This document shows positions 19,185 to 29,665 of a stretch of DNA of 64,000 nucleotides, piece after piece. The DNA comes from an uncultured archaeon. Its GTDB lineage: Archaea; Thermoproteota; Nitrososphaeria_A; Caldarchaeales; Wolframiiraptoraceae. Each line of letters begins with the position of its first letter. Within the stretch, counting starts at the first letter, position 1. Under the pieces are notes generated by a model that was not told the origin of the DNA, ran no database searches, and saw nothing but the letters and a program-made list of their open reading frames with translations. Both the position numbers and the translations under genes were made by a program. The stretch covers positions 32,001 to 96,000 of the forward strand of contig CALKCF010000004.1 in the NCBI GenBank assembly GCA_938083505.1, in the 5' to 3' direction.

Positions 19185-20190
19185 ATGAGGAAGGTTCTCG
19201 TACTGGTAGTGATAGCGCTTGTCTCAGTAACCTTCTTATTCTCGACGTTTATGCTTGGAAAACCCACCACGAAAGAGTATGAGAACGTGAATGTCGCCAT
19301 AGAATTCAACAACCACGCGGCATACATCGCAAAACATTTTGACTGGTTTAAAGAAACCGGGTTGAACACGGCCACGTTCAATTCGTACGTTACAGGTGTG
19401 GCTTTGATGAATGCTTTGGCTAGAGGTGATGTGGATGCTGCTTATCTTTGCCTCGGTCCTGCACTCATTGTATACTCTAGAGGCTTAGATAGAGTCATAC
19501 TCTCTGGAACCCATATTCATAGGTTTTCTATCATCACAAGAGAGGAAATAACGACTCCTAAGGATCTTGAAGGTAAAAAGGTAGGTGTAGTTGAGGCCGG
19601 CTCCAATTCGGACGTATTTTTCCAAATGTTTGTTAAAAATGCGATCTGAAAACATCGACATTAGAAGGGGAAACCAGCCACTCTTAACAATGCTACTCTG
19701 GATGGGGCAGGTAGATGTTATAATAGTACTGGAACACTGAGCTACCATCGCAGCATCAAAGGATGGATTTCACGTCTTTCTGAGAGGTCAGGATGTTTGG
19801 GATAGTATGCCGGGTAGTGTGCTAATCGTTAGGCGCGCGTTGTTGGAAACGAAGTACGAGATTGTAGAGAAGTTGATAGAGATTACTAAAAGAGGCGTTA
19901 AGTTCATTAATGAGAATAGGAAGCTGGTAGCCAAGATCATCGTGGAAGAGTTGAGTAATGCTTATCCATTGGATGTAGAACCTACGCTGGTGGAAGAAGC
20001 ATCAAGAATGCTTTCACCAAGTTTGATGTTAGAATCTATGAAAAATCTAAACTACACTTCAGAGCTGGATTTGGATACCATCAATCAATATGTAGAGTTT
20101 TTGTACAAGTTGGGCTACATAGAAAAACAAAATCGTTGTTGCGCATCTCTTCCCGAGGAGTTAACATTTAGGGCTTACCCAAAAATTTAA
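19185..20190 (+). pseudogene. ABC substrate-binding protein (NitT/TauT/SsuA-like), disrupted
   Basis: Frameshift near 19645 and an in-frame TGA at 19738-40. Fragments 19185..19649 and 19807..20190 are joined by ENIDIRRGNQ...GQDVWDS. Confidence 0.8.
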
Positions 20191-20199
20191 GAAATTTAG

Positions 20200-20922
20200 T
20201 TGGCTGATACCGATAACAGTCTTGTTGATTCTTGGGAGGTCATAGTCAGAGCACGTTTATTCCCAGAATACTTATTTCTACCTTTCTTGGAAGTCATCCT
20301 TACAGCCTTCCTCCTAGCCGAAAACGGAATATTATGGAAGTATCTTGCGGCCAGCTTGCTGAGAGTATTGACAGGGTTAGCATTGGGTTCAATAACCGGA
20401 ATAGGTTTGGGAATATTAATGAGTTATAGAGAGAAAGTTCATAGGGCGCTCCACCCCATCTTTAGCCTATTAATGCCTATACCCATCCTCGGCTGGCTAC
20501 ATTTATTTGTACTTTGGATTGGGATAAACGAAGCGTTGCCCATATTGCTCATATTTATCTGCTCATTCTTCCCAGTACTTTACAACACGATCTCCGGTAT
20601 TAGAAGTGCGGATAGAAGCTACGTGGAGATCGCTAGGAGTCTTGTAGCTTCTGAGAGGAGGACTTTCTTAGATATAGTCATACCACTGGCTCTGCAGAAT
20701 ATCATTACGGGTATGAGGCTCGAGGCTGGAATGGCTTGGAGAACGATAGTTGCTACGGAGATGATAGCAATATCTGTGGGCATAGGCTTTCTCTTGATAA
20801 ACTCACAATACCTGTTACGTGTAGATGTCATTATGGTCTGTCTTGGTGTGTTAGCAATTATGTCTTTACTATTCGAGAGGATGCTGCTGTGGGTGGAAAG
20901 AAAGAGCACGAAATGGAGGTAA
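20200..20922 (+). CDS. ABC permease (SsuC/TauC-like), open but drifting
   Basis: ASLLRV, PIPILGW, a degenerate EAA loop YVEIARSLVAS, and AWRTIVATEMI. Confidence 0.75.
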   Translation: MADTDNSLVDSWEVIVRARLFPEYLFLPFLEVILTAFLLAENGILWKYLAASLLRVLTGLALGSITGIGLGILMSYREKVHRALHPIFSLLMPIPILGWLHLFVLWIGINEALPILLIFICSFFPVLYNTISGIRSADRSYVEIARSLVASERRTFLDIVIPLALQNIITGMRLEAGMAWRTIVATEMIAISVGIGFLLINSQYLLRVDVIMVCLGVLAIMSLLFERMLLWVERKSTKWR

Positions 20923-20923
20923 T

Positions 20924-21982
20924 GTGTTGACAAGCATACAACTACAGAATGTAAGCAACAAATACATACTAAAAACGTGAATTTAACGATAGCGGATAAA
21001 ACGCTTTTCATGTTAATTGGGCCGTCCGGTGCAGGAAAACAACGCTTCTCAAAGCTATTGCAGTATTAGTAAAGTACACTGGCAGAATATTGTTTAACAG
21101 TGAACTTGTAGATAGTGTACCACCAGAAGGTAGAGGTGTAGGAGATGTGCCGCAGGAGTTTACACTCTTCCCACATATGACCATTGAAGAAAACGTTGCA
21201 TATGGATTAAAGGTTAGAAATATCTTGCACGTAGAGGTTGCGCGTAGGGTGAAAGAGCTACTCGAAATAATGGGAATATATGAGCTGTGTAAACGCTATC
21301 ACAGAGATTTGAGTGGTGGCGAGAAGCAACGTGTGGCGATTGCACGTGCATTAGCCATAAATCCCAAAGTGTTGTTATTAGATGAACCGTTAAGCAACCT
21401 AGATCCAAGGACGGGTAAGTATCTCAGAGAATGGCTTAGGTACATCGTCAAGAAGCTTTCCATAACGACGATTTGGGTAACGCACAAGGTTGAGGATATT
21501 GAAGAACTAAATTGTAAAGTCGACGTAATGCTCGATGGTGCACTCGAGCAGGTTGGGCATTATTATGATATACTCTCCTCTTTAATAAATGATAAGGTTT
21601 CAAAATTCCTAAGTTTGACTAACATATTTGTATGTGACGTAGTTAGCCTCAAAGGATCTTTCGCAGAGGTGAATGTAAACGGTTTAAGGATTATTGTGCC
21701 GTACAATGGAGGAAAAATTAGCAAAATAGTAATTCATCCTCACGGCATAGTTGTCTCCAAAGAGAAGTCTTGGACGTTTGCCGTAAACAATTATAATGGG
21801 GTTTTTAGAAGAAGTTGTGAATGACAGGTACTCTGTAGACCTCAAGATTAAAGTGAATGGTGGAGTGGTCTTTAATGCTGAGCTTCCGGAGGATGTATAC
21901 AAGTCCATGAATTTAAAGGTGGGTGAGAGTATACCTGATGATAAAGCCCAGGTCGATAAAAATTATTTCTTAACGGCGCTTA
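20924..21982 (+). pseudogene. ABC ATPase with TOBE domain (CysA/WtpC/ModC-like), multiple frameshifts
   Basis: Walker A GPSGAGK(TT) is broken by a 1-nt loss in an A run near 21038. LSGGEKQRVAIARAL and LLLDEP are intact. More shifts near 20975, 21800 and 21928. Confidence 0.82.
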
Positions 21983-21995
21983 GAGGTCGCAAGGT

Positions 21996-22449
21996 ATGGA
22001 CTATCTTATGGAGCTCCGTGAAAGGTGGTGGAGTAGGACCATCAAAAATTGTTTAGAGAATAGAGAGATCGTTGTGAAAGCAAGGGCTTTAACGCCCAAG
22101 GAAGCCATTGGCATCCTTTATGGAGATGTAAAAGTGTGCCTTATAGGTTTTCAGCCTGCCATATTGTATGGTCTCTCAAGAAAGTTTAACAACATCAGAA
22201 CAACGGACATGAACGAGAAAAATATTAACAAAAACTATTACGGCATCATCATAGAGTCTTAATCTGAAAACCAAGAGGTGACCGGGGTGGAGTGACATAA
22301 TCTTGGCTACAGGTTCAACAGTTGTGAACAACACGTTACATCGGATATTGGAATGGGCCGGGAATAAGTCAATATATTTTTATGGGGTAACAATCGCTGC
22401 ACTGGCATACGAGTTCAACCTCAGAAGATTGTGCTTCGATTCTTTCTAA
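21996..22449 (+). pseudogene. DUF364/Rossmann-like metal-associated protein remnant
   Basis: ARALTPKEAIG is fused directly to KVCLIGFQPAI (apparent internal deletion). Stop at 22260-62, then DIILATGSTVVNNT and FYGVTIAALA in another frame. Confidence 0.7.
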
Positions 22450-22489
22450 AGAGGTAAAAGGGCAACAGTTATATAACGTTCTGCTCTAC

Positions 22490-22910
22490 ATGATGGTTAA
22501 GATTATGAAGAAACTCGTTAGACCGTTCTTGAGTGAGAAGCAGACGAAGGTTCTGAAGCTAAGAATGACACAGGACCAGATTGCCGAAGTATTAAAAATC
22601 AGTAGAGACGCTGTCGCGAACCTCAAAAAAGAGCTCACATCAATGTTATGAGGGCAAGGCAGACGTTGAAAGTGCCTTGAGGGCATTAACCTTGGCGATG
22701 AGGTCGCTATTTTGGCCGGTATGCCCCTAACAGATGTACCACGAACTGTGCTTGACCGAGCAGATATTCTTGGTATAAAGCTCATGCTTGGGGGCCGAAG
22801 CGATATATCAACTGGTCAAGAGGAGGGCTAAAAAGAGGGGTGGCCATCTCGCAGCGCCAATAAGAATAAAAATCTTCAAAAACGGAAAGATAAAGTTAAT
22901 GCCTTCCTAA
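22490..22910 (+). pseudogene. Tfx-family HTH DNA-binding protein, frameshifted
   Basis: Read across three frameshifts: FLSEKQTKVLKLRMTQDQIAEVLKISRDAVANLKK / RAHINVMRARQTL / ...VPRTVLDRADILGIKL. Confidence 0.72.
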
Positions 22911-22923
22911 AATACTCTGACAT

Positions 22924-23625
22924 CTATTCAATTGTTAACTCACGAGGGCCTATCACCAGCTTGTGCCATCTGCTATCTATTCTTGCAAGATCAAAATGAG
23001 CAACTCTTACGTATCTTTCAATTCCCTCAGGTCTTTCGACAATTTTATACTCGAGTATGCCATCAAATACCGACCTGAGGTAGTTTTCCAACCTCTTTTT
23101 AAGTATCCCCTCATCTAGAGCGAATGCACCTATACACGTCTCTCTTATTCTAGGTATTAGCATATTGAGAAGCCTCACGGCATGCTTGTATCCATAGGTT
23201 ATGAAGATATCGTAGAGGCTGTCTACGTAAACGAAATCTATGGGCTTTATTGTAAGCTCACCGATTAAGATGCTGAACTCCGTCGGGTCTAGACTTTTTA
23301 ATTTTACGATTCCGATACCGTGCTCTTCACATGTCGGATGGGTGCCCATTTTCATAGAATAGTAATCGATAAGTGTGAGAGACCCGTCTTTAATGTAGGG
23401 CTCGACATCCATGCCCCTCTTCTCCATTAACCAAATAAATGTTCTTGGTGAGCGCTTTACGCAAATGTGAGCGCATCTAAAGCCTTGTTTCAGCCGTTCG
23501 TACAACAAATGCATTAAGAGAACATTCTTTCCGCAACCTATCGGACCTATATGAAGGAAGGTAGCATTCGGGTAATCTTCAAGTATTAACTTCTTAACCA
23601 AGTCAAGTCTTTTATGCAACCTCAA
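22924..23625 (-). CDS. KaiC/RAD55-like RecA-superfamily ATPase (single domain)
   Basis: Walker A GPIGCGKN, Walker B VYVDSL, FDGILE and ERYVRV. Start moved to TTG 23625 after GGGGATGG. Confidence 0.78.
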   Translation of the reverse strand: MRLHKRLDLVKKLILEDYPNATFLHIGPIGCGKNVLLMHLLYERLKQGFRCAHICVKRSPRTFIWLMEKRGMDVEPYIKDGSLTLIDYYSMKMGTHPTCEEHGIGIVKLKSLDPTEFSILIGELTIKPIDFVYVDSLYDIFITYGYKHAVRLLNMLIPRIRETCIGAFALDEGILKKRLENYLRSVFDGILEYKIVERPEGIERYVRVAHFDLARIDSRWHKLVIGPRELTIE

Positions 23626-23755
23626 TATACCATCCCCTTTTAAGTGCGTTGTTACAATAACATAGTAATGTAATTTATGTATTATATTGAATATTTTATT
23701 AAATAGATTTTTACAGAAACTAAAACTTAAATTCGGCAAGTATTTCTCGAGGTGC

Positions 23756-24592
23756 GTGAAAAACGAAAGCAACGCGATACTCGTAGTAGGGCTTGGCGAA
23801 GTTGGAAGACCGCTTTATGAAATACTCTACGAAAAGTTTTCAAACGTGTACGGCTACGATTTGGATGGTAATAGAACGGTCGACAATATTGACGAGATAA
23901 GGCCACCACTCGGGATACTTCATATAGCGTACCCGTTCAAGGACCTCGATCAGTTCTTGGATGCCGCGTTGGGTTACATCAACATTTTGAACCCTTCCTT
24001 GGTTATAATCCATTCGACGGTCGCGCTCGGAACGACTAGAGCATTGCAGTCAAAGACTGACACAAAGGTCGTCTACTCGCCGGTAAGGGGCAAGCACCCA
24101 CTGATGAAAGACCACATGGTTTTCTGGACGAAGTGGGTTGCGGCAGTCAAAAGCGCGGCCTTGGAGCACGCAAGAGAGCACCTGGAGCGTGCAGGGTTTA
24201 GGGTAAGGGTTTCACAAACGCCGGAGTCGCTGGAGCTGGCGAAGCTCTGGGAGACGGTATACAGGGCAATCATGATAACATCGTGGCAAGAAGCGCATCG
24301 AATCGCGATGAGGTTCGGAGCTGACATAGAGGTCGTGGCGGAGTTTGTATCCGAGGTGCATGAGGTTCTGAAAGATAGGCCAGTATACTATCCGGACGTT
24401 ATCGGAGGCCACTGTCTGATCCAGAATACGGAGATACTCTTCAAGCAAACGAGCTCTAGGTTGCTTAAACTTGTCTTGGAATCCAACAAGAGGAGGGGCG
24501 AGGAGGTCGTGGATAAGAAGGTGCTCGAGGGTATAGAGAAGCTTAAGGATGTATGGTTGAGACATGCTCTAAGGTCCTACTACAGGCTCTAA
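23756..24592 (+). CDS. Short UDP-glucose/GDP-mannose dehydrogenase family protein
   Basis: VVGLGEVG, HSTV, YSPVRG, ELAKLWET and catalytic IGGHCL. Start moved to GTG 23756 after GAGGTG. Confidence 0.78.
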   Translation: MKNESNAILVVGLGEVGRPLYEILYEKFSNVYGYDLDGNRTVDNIDEIRPPLGILHIAYPFKDLDQFLDAALGYINILNPSLVIIHSTVALGTTRALQSKTDTKVVYSPVRGKHPLMKDHMVFWTKWVAAVKSAALEHAREHLERAGFRVRVSQTPESLELAKLWETVYRAIMITSWQEAHRIAMRFGADIEVVAEFVSEVHEVLKDRPVYYPDVIGGHCLIQNTEILFKQTSSRLLKLVLESNKRRGEEVVDKKVLEGIEKLKDVWLRHALRSYYRL

Positions 24593-24596
24593 TCTT

Positions 24597-24651
24597 GGGT
24601 CAGCACTTAAAACCTATCTCATCCGGTCGTAATCCCCGAGCTCATCATCCC
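24597..24651 (-). ncRNA. Box C/D methylation-guide sRNA (#3)
   Basis: Minus strand reads GGG ATGATGA GCTCGGGGATT ACGA CCGG ATGAGAT AGGTTTTAAGTG CTGA CCC. C at 24642-48, D at 24600-03, GGG/CCC stem. Confidence 0.8.
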
Positions 24652-24717
24652 CATATCTAAAAGTTCAGCGCCACGGAAAAATTTTCCAGCATGCTGAAAT
24701 AATCGGGGGACGCACAA

Positions 24718-25974
24718 CTATGCCGTGGACCTATTGGGCGAATTGGCCTCCCTCAGACTTTCCAATTCGCCCTCCCACATCCTCGCGAATATCGTTCTGA
24801 CATCATCATAGCTAACCTCGCGTGGGTTATTGAGAAGCAGGCGCTGATAGTTAGACATGAGGATGTTTGTTAGCTCAAGTACCGCATCCTTGGGGATTCC
24901 CATCTCTCTTAAGCTGATAGGGAACCCGATCTTTCTCATCAGATCGACCACGGCTCTGACTGCCATCTTAGCCGCCTCAGTAGCCTCAAGACCTCCGACG
25001 TTCAGACCAAAAGAGGCCGCAACGTCCTTTAGCTCCTCAGCACACTCTTGCATGTTGTATTCCATTACGTAAGGTAGGGCAACACCGCAGCCGAGGCCAT
25101 GCGGTATGTGGAAAAGCGTGCTGAGCGCATAGGATATCCCATGGCCAAGAATGACACTCGAGTTGGCAAAGGACACTCCGGCAAGTGTCGCGGCTATCGC
25201 CATCCTGTACCTTGCGTTCACATCTCTACCGTTCTTGTATGCGACCTCTAGACCTTCAGATATCAGTCTTATGCTCTCCCTAGCAAACATCGAGGATATG
25301 AGGTTCGACCTTTTCGAAAGGATGCTCTCAACTGCATGAGTTAGCGCATCTATGCCCGTAATCGCAGTAAGCCTAGGAGGCATCGTTAAAGTCATCATGG
25401 GGTCCACGATCGCCACTTCTGCTATCATCCACCTGCTGAAGATTACTTTCTTGAGGTTGCCCACAGATATAACTGACCCTTTGGTGGCTTCGCTGCCGGA
25501 ACCCGACGTTGTAGGTATCAATATCAGAGGGAGACCAGGTTGCTTTAAGAGCTCATCTCCAAAGTATTCCTCAACATCACCTTCGTTCGTGGCCATTACC
25601 GCTGCAACTTTCGCCATGTCTAGACAGCTGCCACCGCCGACACCGATCACAACGTCATAGCCCCCCTCCCTTGATACCTTTGCGACAACCCTTGCGTTTT
25701 CTATGTCGGGCTCCATTTTTACACCGTCAAACACATAAAATTCTACACCATCAGCGAGTAAAACCTCCAATACTTTGCTTACCAAACCTGCTTTCTTGAC
25801 ACCTTCGTCCGTTACTACGAGTGTCCTATTACCAAACCGTTTTGTCTCCTTACTGACCTGCTTAACAGAGTCCGGTCCGAAGACCAACTTTTTCGGCATC
25901 GAAACGTACTCGCGTATGCTCTCAAAGTATGAAGGAGCCTCTTTTTTCACGGAAACGAAAGCATTGTACTCCAT
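24718..25974 (-). CDS. Iron-containing alcohol dehydrogenase
   Basis: GGGSCLDMAK, IPTTSGSGSE, and metal ligands in DALTH, LGH and PHG. Confidence 0.9.
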   Translation of the reverse strand: MEYNAFVSVKKEAPSYFESIREYVSMPKKLVFGPDSVKQVSKETKRFGNRTLVVTDEGVKKAGLVSKVLEVLLADGVEFYVFDGVKMEPDIENARVVAKVSREGGYDVVIGVGGGSCLDMAKVAAVMATNEGDVEEYFGDELLKQPGLPLILIPTTSGSGSEATKGSVISVGNLKKVIFSRWMIAEVAIVDPMMTLTMPPRLTAITGIDALTHAVESILSKRSNLISSMFARESIRLISEGLEVAYKNGRDVNARYRMAIAATLAGVSFANSSVILGHGISYALSTLFHIPHGLGCGVALPYVMEYNMQECAEELKDVAASFGLNVGGLEATEAAKMAVRAVVDLMRKIGFPISLREMGIPKDAVLELTNILMSNYQRLLLNNPREVSYDDVRTIFARMWEGELESLREANSPNRSTA

Positions 25975-26039
25975 ATAAAAGCTTTGTCCGGCATCTTATT
26001 TGTTCCATGCACAAGTGTAGTCATAGAATAAATAGGTGT

Positions 26040-27029
26040 TCATTCCTCTCTGTAGTAAGGTTTTGCTAACGTTGCCGGAGCGCTCATCTTTTTCCTGAAG
26101 CTCTCAAGGGAGAGCAGGCTTAAGGTAATCACAGCTATCGCGTATGGAAGCATTAAGACGAATTGAGGAGATGTCGCACCCAGTCCAAAGAGCTGTAGCC
26201 TATACTGGAGTACTTCTATACCTCCAAAGAGCAGTGAGCCGAACACTGCCCTTAACGGGTTCCAAGTAGATAGTATGATTAAGGACAGCGTTATGAAGCC
26301 TCTACCCCCTGTCATGCCTTCTATCCAGAATGGTTGGAATCCAAGTATGAGGTATGCGCCGGCTAGGGCTGAGAATGCGCCTGATAATATGCATGTAAGA
26401 TACCTTATCCTGAAGACGTTGATTCCGAGGGCATCCGCCATCCCAGGATTCTCGCCGACACTCCTGATCTTTAGACCTATGCTCGTCCTAAACAGCAAAA
26501 ACCACATCAAAGGCGCTAGTATGAGCGTTATGTAGACGACGATGTTATGGTTAAAGAGCATCGGACCGATTATTGGTATTTCTTTAAGGAACGATAAAGA
26601 AACGGGCGGTAGCATAGGAACGCTTTGAGTTTCAAGGGCTGTGCTCGGAAGCTCTGGATTCAGTGTCTGAAGTACTGTCTTCCTAATAGTCGGGAATGTT
26701 ATGAAGCCGCTTAAGCCTAAGCCAAGCATCGTGATTGCAAGGCCAACGGTTATCTGGTTCAGCCTAAGCGATACCGCGAAGAAGGCGAGCAGTAACCCCA
26801 TCAACATACCAAAAACGCCGGCAAGTAAGAATGCTATTGTGTGTCCCCATGTTATTGTGAATATGAAGGAAGTAGCGGCGCCAATCGCCATAGTGCCCTC
26901 CATACCCAAGTTGAGTATTCCAGACCTTTCCGCGTAGATTTCGCCGAGTGAGCCGAGCAGGTAAACGACACCAATGCTCGTTGTGCTCGCAAGTACCGGC
27001 CCAATCCATTCTATGCTCATTGCTTCCAC
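26040..27029 (-). CDS. Nucleoside/sugar ABC permease 2 (CUT2)
   Basis: ERSGILNLGMEG, GLKIRSVGENP..AD..GINV and GRGFI. Confidence 0.88.
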   Translation of the reverse strand: MEAMSIEWIGPVLASTTSIGVVYLLGSLGEIYAERSGILNLGMEGTMAIGAATSFIFTITWGHTIAFLLAGVFGMLMGLLLAFFAVSLRLNQITVGLAITMLGLGLSGFITFPTIRKTVLQTLNPELPSTALETQSVPMLPPVSLSFLKEIPIIGPMLFNHNIVVYITLILAPLMWFLLFRTSIGLKIRSVGENPGMADALGINVFRIRYLTCILSGAFSALAGAYLILGFQPFWIEGMTGGRGFITLSLIILSTWNPLRAVFGSLLFGGIEVLQYRLQLFGLGATSPQFVLMLPYAIAVITLSLLSLESFRKKMSAPATLAKPYYREE

Positions 27030-28081
27030 CTCTTTAAAACGATTCTATACCTCCTTAAGAACTCGGCTAGCACAATGCAAAGAAAGATCACGGATTGAAA
27101 GACCGTGATGGCTGATGAGGGTAGCCTAAGTAAGGATTGAAGAGCGTCGCCAGCCGTAAGCAAACCTCCGAAGAAGATGCCTGCTGGTAAGATGAGCCAT
27201 GGGTTAAGTTGAGCGAGCATGGTTACTATTATAGCAGTGTAGCCATAACCAGGTGATGCTCTAGGTCTTAGCCTTCCTATCATACCAGATACTACGTAAA
27301 AACCTCCCAAGCCAGCTATACCGCCGCTAATTAGAGAACCTAACAACGTAGCACGTCCAACTGACATACCCGCATATTTGGCAACCTCGCTGCTCTTTCC
27401 AAGAACGTTGAGTACGAAACCAAACTTCGTGTACTTGAACAGAATGTAAACTAGTGTTGCAACTGCGACAGATATTATGATGCCAGCAATAGAAGGATGC
27501 CCACCAAGCGTGAGTGTTGCATAATCAGGAAAGGGTACGGAAAGGGCAAAACCCCAACCTTCTGGATCCCTCCATGGACCATAGACCAAATAGTCCACAA
27601 ATAGCATGGCTATGTAATTTAGCATTAAGGTTGTTAGAATCTCATTAACGCCTAGCTTAGCTTTTAAAGATGCTGGTATGAGGCACCAAGCTCCACCAGC
27701 CAAGAATGAAGCTGCACTCATTACTGCGAGCATTAAGGATACAGGTATAGCCTCATAGAAAACGTGTAAGATAACTATACCGGTTGCGGCCACCATTCCA
27801 AGATACATCTGCCCCTCAGCACCTATATTCCAGAAACCCATTCTAAAAGCAACGACTAAACCCAATGATGCCAGGATTATCGGTATGCTCCTAAAAACAG
27901 CTTGGATAAGAAGGTTTGGTGTAATAAAGACGCTACATATAACTGAGTAAAATTGGATGACGTTCACACCCAAAAAATAGAATAACACGCCCGTCACAAA
28001 AAAGGCAAGCAAGAACGATAAAAATACGATAATACTGGATACCTTCCGGCTTATGTGCATGCGTCTCTCTAACTTAAACAA
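27017..28081 (-). CDS. Nucleoside/sugar ABC permease 1 (CUT2)
   Basis: WNIGAEGQ, GVNEILTTLMLNY and GYGYTAI. Confidence 0.88.
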   Translation of the reverse strand: MFKLERRMHISRKVSSIIVFLSFLLAFFVTGVLFYFLGVNVIQFYSVICSVFITPNLLIQAVFRSIPIILASLGLVVAFRMGFWNIGAEGQMYLGMVAATGIVILHVFYEAIPVSLMLAVMSAASFLAGGAWCLIPASLKAKLGVNEILTTLMLNYIAMLFVDYLVYGPWRDPEGWGFALSVPFPDYATLTLGGHPSIAGIIISVAVATLVYILFKYTKFGFVLNVLGKSSEVAKYAGMSVGRATLLGSLISGGIAGLGGFYVVSGMIGRLRPRASPGYGYTAIIVTMLAQLNPWLILPAGIFFGGLLTAGDALQSLLRLPSSAITVFQSVIFLCIVLAEFLRRYRIVLKRWKQ

Positions 28082-29640
28082 ACCTTCCTGCCACCTAAAG
28101 CCGTGTTACCCTTTACCATCATCATACCAACTTCTTCTACAGTTTTTTCTGTCGGTGAAAACTCACCAACTATTCTTCCTTTAGATATGACCGCTACTCT
28201 ATCGCTCAGCATCATTATCTCCTCCAAGTCCTCGGATAGGAGGATTATGGCAGAACCCAAAGCTCTATACTTTAACAACAAACCTTGAACAAATTCTGTT
28301 GCCGCTACGTCAAGACCCTTAGTCGGATAGGCTGCGAGTATAAGCTTAGGTATCTTGCCATCCTGTGTCGCCGATAGTTCTCTGGCTAGGACAACCTTCT
28401 GCAAGTTTCCACCAGAAAGTATGCCGGCTAATTTCGACGGGCTATGTGTCGCTATATCGTATTCCTCTATGAGCTTCTTTGAAAACTCGAAAAGTTTCCG
28501 CCAATTGATCGTGAGTATATTCGAAAAATTTCTGCTTCTGTACAACTTTAGCGCGATGTTTTCTACAAGCGTCATATCACGAATGAGTGCCCATCTTGTA
28601 CTTTCAGACGGTATATACGCAACACCCTTCTCTATCAGGTACCTTGCACCCTTATTTGTTACATCCTCACCATCTATAAACACCTTACCACTATAAACCT
28701 TTCTTATACCGGCAAGAACCTCCATCAATTCCTCTTGACCGTTTCCGGCAATTCCTGCGATACCGACAATCTCGCCGGAATGAATGCGAAGGTTAACTCC
28801 GTCTAAAGCTAAAACGCCTCTATCACCCATAACCTTGAGGCCTATCGCTTCCAATACCACATCTCCTTTTTTTATCGCAGGTTTCACAAGCTTGAACAAC
28901 ACTGACCTACCTATCATCATGTTTGCAAGCTCTTCCACAGTTACTTCGTTTGTAAGTTTTGTCGCGATAACTCTTCCTTTCCTCATAACTGTGACTCTAT
29001 CACTCACCTCGAATACTTCCTCGAGTTTATGTGTGATGAAAATTACTCCTCTACCCTTTTTCGCCATAATCCTAAGGGCTTTGAATAAGTTCTTAGTTTC
29101 CTGGGGCGTAAGGACAGAAGTTGGCTCGTCCAGAATCAGAACTTCGGCGTTTCTTATCAAAAGCTTCAAAAGCTCAACCTGTTGCTTCTCGCCCACTGAA
29201 AGTTGCCAGACCTTTGCGTTTGGATCGATGTTCCAACCATATTCCTCGCAAACTCTCTTCACCTTCTCAGCAAGCTTCTTCTTGTTAAGGATAAAACCGG
29301 TTTCTTTAAGACCGAGTACGACATTCTCCCAAACCGTGTGGACTGGTATCAGCCTGAAGTTCTGATGCACCATGCCTATTCCTAGCTTTATCGAATCTGC
29401 TGGTGACTTAATTCTTACTTTCTTGCCCTTTACGTATATTTCTCCATCATCAGGATGATAAAACCCATACAGTATATTCATCAGCGTTGTTTTTCCAGCG
29501 GCATTCTCTCCCAAAAGTGCATGGACCTCGCCAGGCATGAGCGAAAAGTCTACATGATCGTTAGCTACAACGTTAGGGAATCTTTTCACTATGCCCTTTA
29601 ATTCGACTAATGGTATAACGGACACATCATGACCCTCCAA
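28069..29640 (-). CDS. CUT2 double-domain ABC ATPase
   Basis: GENAAGKTT, LSVGEKQ, ILDEPT, LSGGNLQK and PTKGLD. Confidence 0.92.
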   Translation of the reverse strand: MEGHDVSVIPLVELKGIVKRFPNVVANDHVDFSLMPGEVHALLGENAAGKTTLMNILYGFYHPDDGEIYVKGKKVRIKSPADSIKLGIGMVHQNFRLIPVHTVWENVVLGLKETGFILNKKKLAEKVKRVCEEYGWNIDPNAKVWQLSVGEKQQVELLKLLIRNAEVLILDEPTSVLTPQETKNLFKALRIMAKKGRGVIFITHKLEEVFEVSDRVTVMRKGRVIATKLTNEVTVEELANMMIGRSVLFKLVKPAIKKGDVVLEAIGLKVMGDRGVLALDGVNLRIHSGEIVGIAGIAGNGQEELMEVLAGIRKVYSGKVFIDGEDVTNKGARYLIEKGVAYIPSESTRWALIRDMTLVENIALKLYRSRNFSNILTINWRKLFEFSKKLIEEYDIATHSPSKLAGILSGGNLQKVVLARELSATQDGKIPKLILAAYPTKGLDVAATEFVQGLLLKYRALGSAIILLSEDLEEIMMLSDRVAVISKGRIVGEFSPTEKTVEEVGMMMVKGNTALGGRKVCLS

Positions 29641-29665
29641 TTAAAAAATAAGGGGTTTACAGCAG

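Noticed and set aside
23626-23772. Apparent head-to-head overlap of ORFs 22924..23772 and 23687..24592
   Set aside because: An artefact of over-extended starts. The likely starts at 23625 and 23756 leave an AT-rich divergent promoter.
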